Shown here: positions 59,005 to 64,000 of the stretch, one piece after another
Numbering within the stretch: the first letter of the stretch is position 1
How the letters are laid out: the number at the start of each line of letters is the position of its first letter
DNA from: an uncultured virus (IMG/VR IMGVR_UViG_2711768134_000006)
Lineage: Duplodnaviria > Heunggongvirae > Uroviricota > Caudoviricetes
Length of the DNA stretch: 64,000 bases
IMG/VR virus record: IMGVR_UViG_2711768134_000006
Reading direction: 5' to 3' (one strand)
The notes under the pieces: model-generated
What the model saw: the letters and a program-made list of their open reading frames with translations, nothing else
Database searches by the model: none
What the model was told of the DNA's origin: nothing
Program-made: the position numbers and the translations under genes

Positions 59005-59367
59005 CTATTCTTCTAAAATCATCAAATTATCTATGTAATTCTCAAAATCAATACTTTCACTACTTAATTTTTCCCCACATAAGAAACAATATTTAAATGG
59101 TATTCCTCCTGCAAATCTATCCACATTTAACTTTATATTTTGATTTGAATCTTTGACAATTAGATTGTGTTCTACTGATAAATTTATATTCCCTTCTTTA
59201 AATTTATAAAAACTAATATCAAAATACTCTTCCTGGTCTAAAAGTTCTGTACTCTCATAAGTAGTATCTTTTCCTTTGATTCCTACAGAAGAAATTCTTA
59301 CTCTTCTAGTTTCATGTTTTTTCATATCTTTTATACTGTCACAAAATTTACACATATTTACCTCCAA
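59005..59367 (-). CDS. Zinc-ribbon-like hypothetical protein
   Basis: CKFC...YCFLCGEKL. Confidence 0.65.
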   Translation of the reverse strand: MEVNMCKFCDSIKDMKKHETRRVRISSVGIKGKDTTYESTELLDQEEYFDISFYKFKEGNINLSVEHNLIVKDSNQNIKLNVDRFAGGIPFKYCFLCGEKLSSESIDFENYIDNLMILEE

Positions 59368-59485
59368 CTAATAATTATATCACCCTTTTACTTATATTCA
59401 TTTTAGCATATTCCAAAACTTTTATTATAAAACTAGCACTAAATTTTCTATTGATATTAAATCCTGTATTTTAACTTGTTATTTG

Positions 59486-59899
59486 TTATCCCTTTATTAA
59501 ATCCTGTACGTCTACAGCCACCGAACCTTTTCTTTCGAGTTTTATAAAATTTTCCATTAGTATTTCAGGAAGTATATTCTCCCCATACTCTTCTTTTATT
59601 TTATCTTTTATTAAATTTATAATATATTCCTCCATTTCTTTATCTGTCATATTAAGATATTTATCCAGGTCATAAATGACGAGTTGTTCTATATCTCTTC
59701 GATAATGGCATAGTATATCTTTTAAAAATATTTTTTTTATTATCTTAATTCTTTTTTCATAAATCAATAATTCTAAATTAAAATATGTTCTTTTTTCTTT
59801 GATTCTTATTTCATATTCAAAAATTCTTTCTAATGGTTTTATTGATTCGTTATTTTTTATATATTTTGACTTTATTAATTTCTTAAAAGAGTTAATTAT
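59486..59899 (-). CDS. Hypothetical protein, probable ATA start
   Basis: Frame open 44 codons upstream of the ORF-track start, up to an ATA below AAGGAG. Confidence 0.5.
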   Translation of the reverse strand: MINSFKKLIKSKYIKNNESIKPLERIFEYEIRIKEKRTYFNLELLIYEKRIKIIKKIFLKDILCHYRRDIEQLVIYDLDKYLNMTDKEMEEYIINLIKDKIKEEYGENILPEILMENFIKLERKGSVAVDVQDLIKG

Positions 59900-59927
59900 A
59901 TTTGCTCATCTCCTTCCATTTTAAGTT

Positions 59928-60374
59928 TTATATTCCATACATATTAAAACTAAATTCTACCCCTTCATCATCCTCAAATTCTTCATTGAAGACTTCTTCT
60001 ACTGTTTTATCCTTAGAGATAACTATATGTAAATAACCTCGTTTACTAATAAAAGAAGTTTGATAAAGATTATCTAAACCCAAGAAATCCCCTTCTTGTT
60101 TATAAGGTACATATATATCCTCCACACTTCCGTCTTCGTATTCTATCTTTACATTTGTAATATCCTTATAATCATGCAATCTTTGAATTTCATCAACACG
60201 TTTATGTATTTGTATATGTAAATAATCTGCCTGTTTGCATTTACCTATATAACTCAAAGTAAATCCTCCAATAATTTCATGTATATTATCTAAATAAAAA
60301 CCTCCTACATCTCCAATACCCAACTCTACATTCTCTAAGTTATCTAATCCTAAAATTATTTTCTTTATTTTCAT
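59928..60374 (-). CDS. Hypothetical protein
   Basis: GGAGG RBS. Confidence 0.65.
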   Translation of the reverse strand: MKIKKIILGLDNLENVELGIGDVGGFYLDNIHEIIGGFTLSYIGKCKQADYLHIQIHKRVDEIQRLHDYKDITNVKIEYEDGSVEDIYVPYKQEGDFLGLDNLYQTSFISKRGYLHIVISKDKTVEEVFNEEFEDDEGVEFSFNMYGI

Positions 60375-60400
60375 AACTCATTCCTCCATTAATTAAACTC

Positions 60401-60556
60401 TTAAAAATTATTGATGACGTCACACTTAGAGCATTTCCATCGTTTCTTTAATTTATAATTATCAAAATAAGAATTAAAATATCCTACAAATTCTTGAAAT
60501 TCTATCCTTTCACATTGATAACACCATACTTTTACTACATCACCTTTAGAATACAT
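60401..60556 (-). CDS. Small zinc-ribbon protein (51 aa, CYQC...CSKC)
   Basis: Hand-translated; AAGGAG RBS. Confidence 0.6.
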   Translation of the reverse strand: MYSKGDVVKVWCYQCERIEFQEFVGYFNSYFDNYKLKKRWKCSKCDVINNF

Positions 60557-60571
60557 TTATTGTCTTTCTCC

Positions 60572-60952
60572 TTAATATAATCTCAATCTTTTAATTGTAG
60601 ATGGTATTTCATCCTCATTAAATATTCCTAAGTTAACACATGTTATGCTATTTTTAGGAATTTCTGTTAATCCTCTATCCACTATAGTTAAATAACCTTT
60701 TTCTTTAAATTTTAATAATTGTGCCTCTTTAGCTTTCAATATACATATTGTATCCCCATTATTCTTAAATGACGTTAAATCACATTTTAAATCTATTAAT
60801 TCATGTGCTATTGTTTCTGTTTCATAAGAGCAAGAAACAGTGTCTAAAATTTTGTCATACAAATAATCATAAACTGCATGTGCAACTTGTGCTCCAACTT
60901 TGCCTGGACTCATATTTAAGTCTGAATTAATTGCTATGTACATTTTTTTCAT
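60572..60952 (-). CDS. pth2: Peptidyl-tRNA hydrolase type 2
   Basis: L.MS.GK..AQ.AHA, I.D.G.TEI, T....G and L.LY motifs. Confidence 0.85.
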   Translation of the reverse strand: MKKMYIAINSDLNMSPGKVGAQVAHAVYDYLYDKILDTVSCSYETETIAHELIDLKCDLTSFKNNGDTICILKAKEAQLLKFKEKGYLTIVDRGLTEIPKNSITCVNLGIFNEDEIPSTIKRLRLY

Positions 60953-60973
60953 TATTATAAACCTCCAAATAAA

Positions 60974-60991
60974 TTAAAATTATTATCTTAA
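60974..60991. repeat. Junction site TTAAAA-TTATTA-TCTTAA
   Basis: Contains the stop 60988-60990; precedes the pth2 RBS. Confidence 0.55.
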
Positions 60992-63900
60992 TACCAATAC
61001 ATAATAATTAAACTATGTTTTTCAAAATCAATTATGTTTAACATTTTTTGAAATTCTTTTAATACTAAATCCCAAAACTCCTGTGTATACCTATCATCAA
61101 CTGTTACTTTTTTATCATTTTTATAATAATACTCTTTATCCTTATTGTATATCTTAGAATTTATATCTTTTTGTTTAAGAAAAGGAATTATATAATCTTC
61201 CAAATCTTCCTTTGTAATAAGTATGGCTTCATCTTCATAACTTTCATAACCTTTTTCCCATTTGGCTTTATATATCATACGAATAACTGACCAATCTTCT
61301 AAAGATATATCAATATCTAATAATTCTTCAAACTTATAAAACTCTTCTTCATCATTATTCAATTCCTTATATTTCTCACCTCTTGTTTTATTTAAATAAG
61401 TATCTAAATCTGTAACTTTTGTTTTTACTGAATAAAAACCTAAATCTAATCCCATATGTATCACCTCGCTAATTAAAACTGTTTTAATTAGATTCTAAAT
61501 TCACTTTTTCTTTTATGATGTTTAATAAAGGTTTATAATTATCAATACCTATTGCTCTCATTACTCCATTATCTACATGTTTAATATATTTCATTAAATA
61601 CCTCACTTATTATTTTTAATTCATCACAATCATGCTCATTTTCTAATTTATTTTTTATAAATTCTGCTACCTCCTCTTCTTTTAACTTTTCTATATCTTC
61701 TTGATGATTTAAGATAACCTTCATAATAGATGACAAAGACATCCCATAATCATACATCGACTCATCTCTTATAATATCCTTCTTTTTATTCTTATATATT
61801 ATCATTAAGTCTGTTGTATAGCAGCTGCCATAGTCACACGTTTCACATCCACTCGAATATTCTTGCTCTGTTGTTATGTCTATTATTGCTCCATTCGTTA
61901 ACTGTATTAATACCTTATCATCCATATTTATTAATTCTCCTTTTTAATTTTATTTATTTAAAACTGTTATTTTATTTAAATTTCATTTGACTGTAAATAC
62001 TCAAGATTTATAATATCTAATGATTTTAATATTCAACTTTATACTCACCAGATATTTCAATACCTTCATTTTTTAAAATAATATTTCCATCTACAAAAAC
62101 TGTTATTGTAACATTTTCTAATTCTACTTCCCCACTGCTTAATTTACCTTCAATAGAAACACAATACGTTCCCTCTTTAAGTATCTTAAAAACTTTTTTA
62201 AGTATTTCTCTTTTATCCTCATTTTCTAGAATTAAGTTAAATTTAACATTATGTTTCTTAGATGGATAAATTATAAGATTAATTCTATCTTCTATTTTAT
62301 ATTCAGTCATTCAAACCTCCTTTTGATATAACACTATAGCTATTTTATTCATTTATAATATTTAATTTGGATAGATTTATTTTATATTTATCTAAATAAG
62401 AATTTCCTTTGACCACATCAACTGCTTCATACCATAAATAATCTATATCTTCTTCAGATATTTTTAATTGTTCAATAGACTCTTCTTTCATTCTATCCAT
62501 CCAGTTCTTAGCTTCTTTTTCTGTACAAACCCTATGCATATACACATGTATAAATTCGCCTTTACAAATTAATTCTTCTGCGATGTAATATAACCTTACT
62601 TCTTTATCATCTAAATCTTGTTTATTTTCTGATTCTTCCAAAGCTGATATTAGTCTTTCTGCTGCTTTCTCATCTTTTATATCTATATTTTTTAATATAG
62701 TTTTTGTAGACATGGTTTCTCTCCTTATTATATTTATTTTTTAATCCAACCTTCTGGATAATCATTTCTTAAAACTCTTAACCCTAATACTTGTTGAGCT
62801 TGATGTATAGCATTTTGAAAATCTCTTAACTCAGAAGGATGCTGTCTTTTTAATTTGCAAAATCCATTCCATGCATTTATCAAATTGTCCATAACCACTC
62901 CTTCTTCATAATTTAATCCATCAAGTCTTTTTCCTTCTCTATTACCATTCATTGTTATTGTAATCCCATTTAAATCTAAACTATTTTTATTTAAACTTTT
63001 TATGTAATGTATTATGGGTTTTACTACATCTTCAATATCTGCATTTACCTTTCTAAGTAAACTATAATCACCACAATCATATTCAACATAAGCTAATTGG
63101 TTTGTATCACTATCAAAACCTAATGATAATTCTGTTTTACTAGCTATAGGTATTAAATCTCTTTTGCAATTAGGACATACTATTACATCTTCATTTAAGA
63201 AATAATAGTATTCTTGTAATGTTTCTTCTACATTGAAGTATTTATTACAATTCTCACACCAAAACCTCACAGTATCACTCCTTTTATATTTATAACATAG
63301 ACTCTATTTTATTTATCTCTAATTCAACCTTCTTTTCATTAGATAATAATTCCATTAATTTTATTTCCATCTCTTCAAGTTTACTTCTTTCCTCATTTAT
63401 AGTTAATATATCTAATTTACTTTTTATATCATCTATCCAATCTTGTACATCATAACCACTCATTACAAGATTGAAGCCTAAATTTTTAGATGACATATTA
63501 TAAGAATGTAACATAGATGCTAATAATATTAATTCATCTTTTTTTAGTACTTGTATATTAATTTTCTTATTATTCCAATTCAATATACAATTAGTTTTTG
63601 GTGTAAATTTTTTTATTGAATCTAACTTTTCTTTTTTTAATTTTATTTGTTCTTTTAAAGTTATTATTTTATTATCACTATTCATTAATTATTTCCCCTC
63701 TCTATATAATCTTCCATTTAATAAATATGTGTTTAAATATTGTGGTCTTATTTTGTTATATAATTCTTCTAAATTGTTATATTTTTCTTCTCTATAACCA
63801 TAAGTATAGAGTGTGCTACGTCCTTTTAAATATTTAATTCTACCATCAGAATATATTCTTACTTTTTCTCTATTTGCATAAAATTCAATTCCCCAACATG

Positions 63901-64000
63901 TTTTATCATCTTTCATTTTTTCTTTAAATTCTTCTAATGAATACTCTATATATTCATTTTTGGATTCATCTATTGGTGAATAAAAATAACTTCCTTCCAT
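60988..64000 (-). CDS. Run of hypothetical genes (60988-61455, 61484-61594, 61581-61925, 62026-62310, 62345-62713, 62734-63270, 63290-63685, 63689->64000)
   Basis: Co-directional ORFs, the complete ones with an RBS; the last probably starts beyond the window. Confidence 0.6.
61958..61975. repeat. Junction site TTAAAA-CTGTTA-TTTTAT
   Basis: Intergenic; the related 3-nt-spacer copy TTAAAACTGTTTTAA is at 61473-61487. Confidence 0.6.

Noticed and set aside
51188..62348. Additional half-matches to the junction site at gene ends 51202, 55113, 62026 and 62345
   Set aside because: Only the right arm fits; they cannot be distinguished from chance in AT-rich DNA, so they were not counted.
27200..63837. 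Plus-strand ORFs within the minus-strand block (e.g. 27493, 28676, 29180, 32022, 34445, 36695, 38624, 41706, 43590, 49172, 51403, 53593, 63616)
   Set aside because: Shadow frames of the co-directional minus-strand genes.
1..64000. CRISPR array, tRNA, rRNA or c-di-GMP riboswitch
   Set aside because: No regularly spaced ~29-bp repeats, cloverleaf or riboswitch consensus was recognised by eye; a formal scan was not possible.

Overview
A 64-kb, very AT-rich segment of a large temperate Clostridioides difficile-type phage. The gene set resembles the phiCD211/phiCDIF1296T group; this is recognised from memory, not from a search. The + strand (1-18 kb) carries the distal tail and receptor-binding genes, two lysins, two holin-like genes and a tyrosine recombinase. 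The 18-27 kb region is an accessory island: XRE and BlaI regulators, a CWB2 surface protein, a DUF4365-like nuclease, an arm-type integrase and a catalytically altered ISL3-like transposase. The - strand (27-64 kb) carries nucleotide metabolism and replication genes (dut, ruvC, gmk, nrdJ, dnaE, recJ, dnaG, dnaB, ERF, SSB, ThyX-like), rtcB, pth2 and many small hypothetical genes. Three type I toxin-antitoxin modules missing from the ORF track are visible. The strongest unexplained signal is a co-oriented 18-bp site, TTAAAA-N6-TTTTA(A/T), at about 15 gene junctions. It often supplies the upstream gene's stop codon and precedes the next RBS, which suggests an integron-like cassette system run by a tyrosine recombinase (inference). 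Other notable signals are a dispersed ~70-90 bp inverted-repeat element, an operator-like motif around a DndB/DGQHR gene and the replication genes, several AUA/AUU start codons (including primase) and a 13-aa basic micro-ORF. No CRISPR array, tRNA or rRNA was seen by eye.
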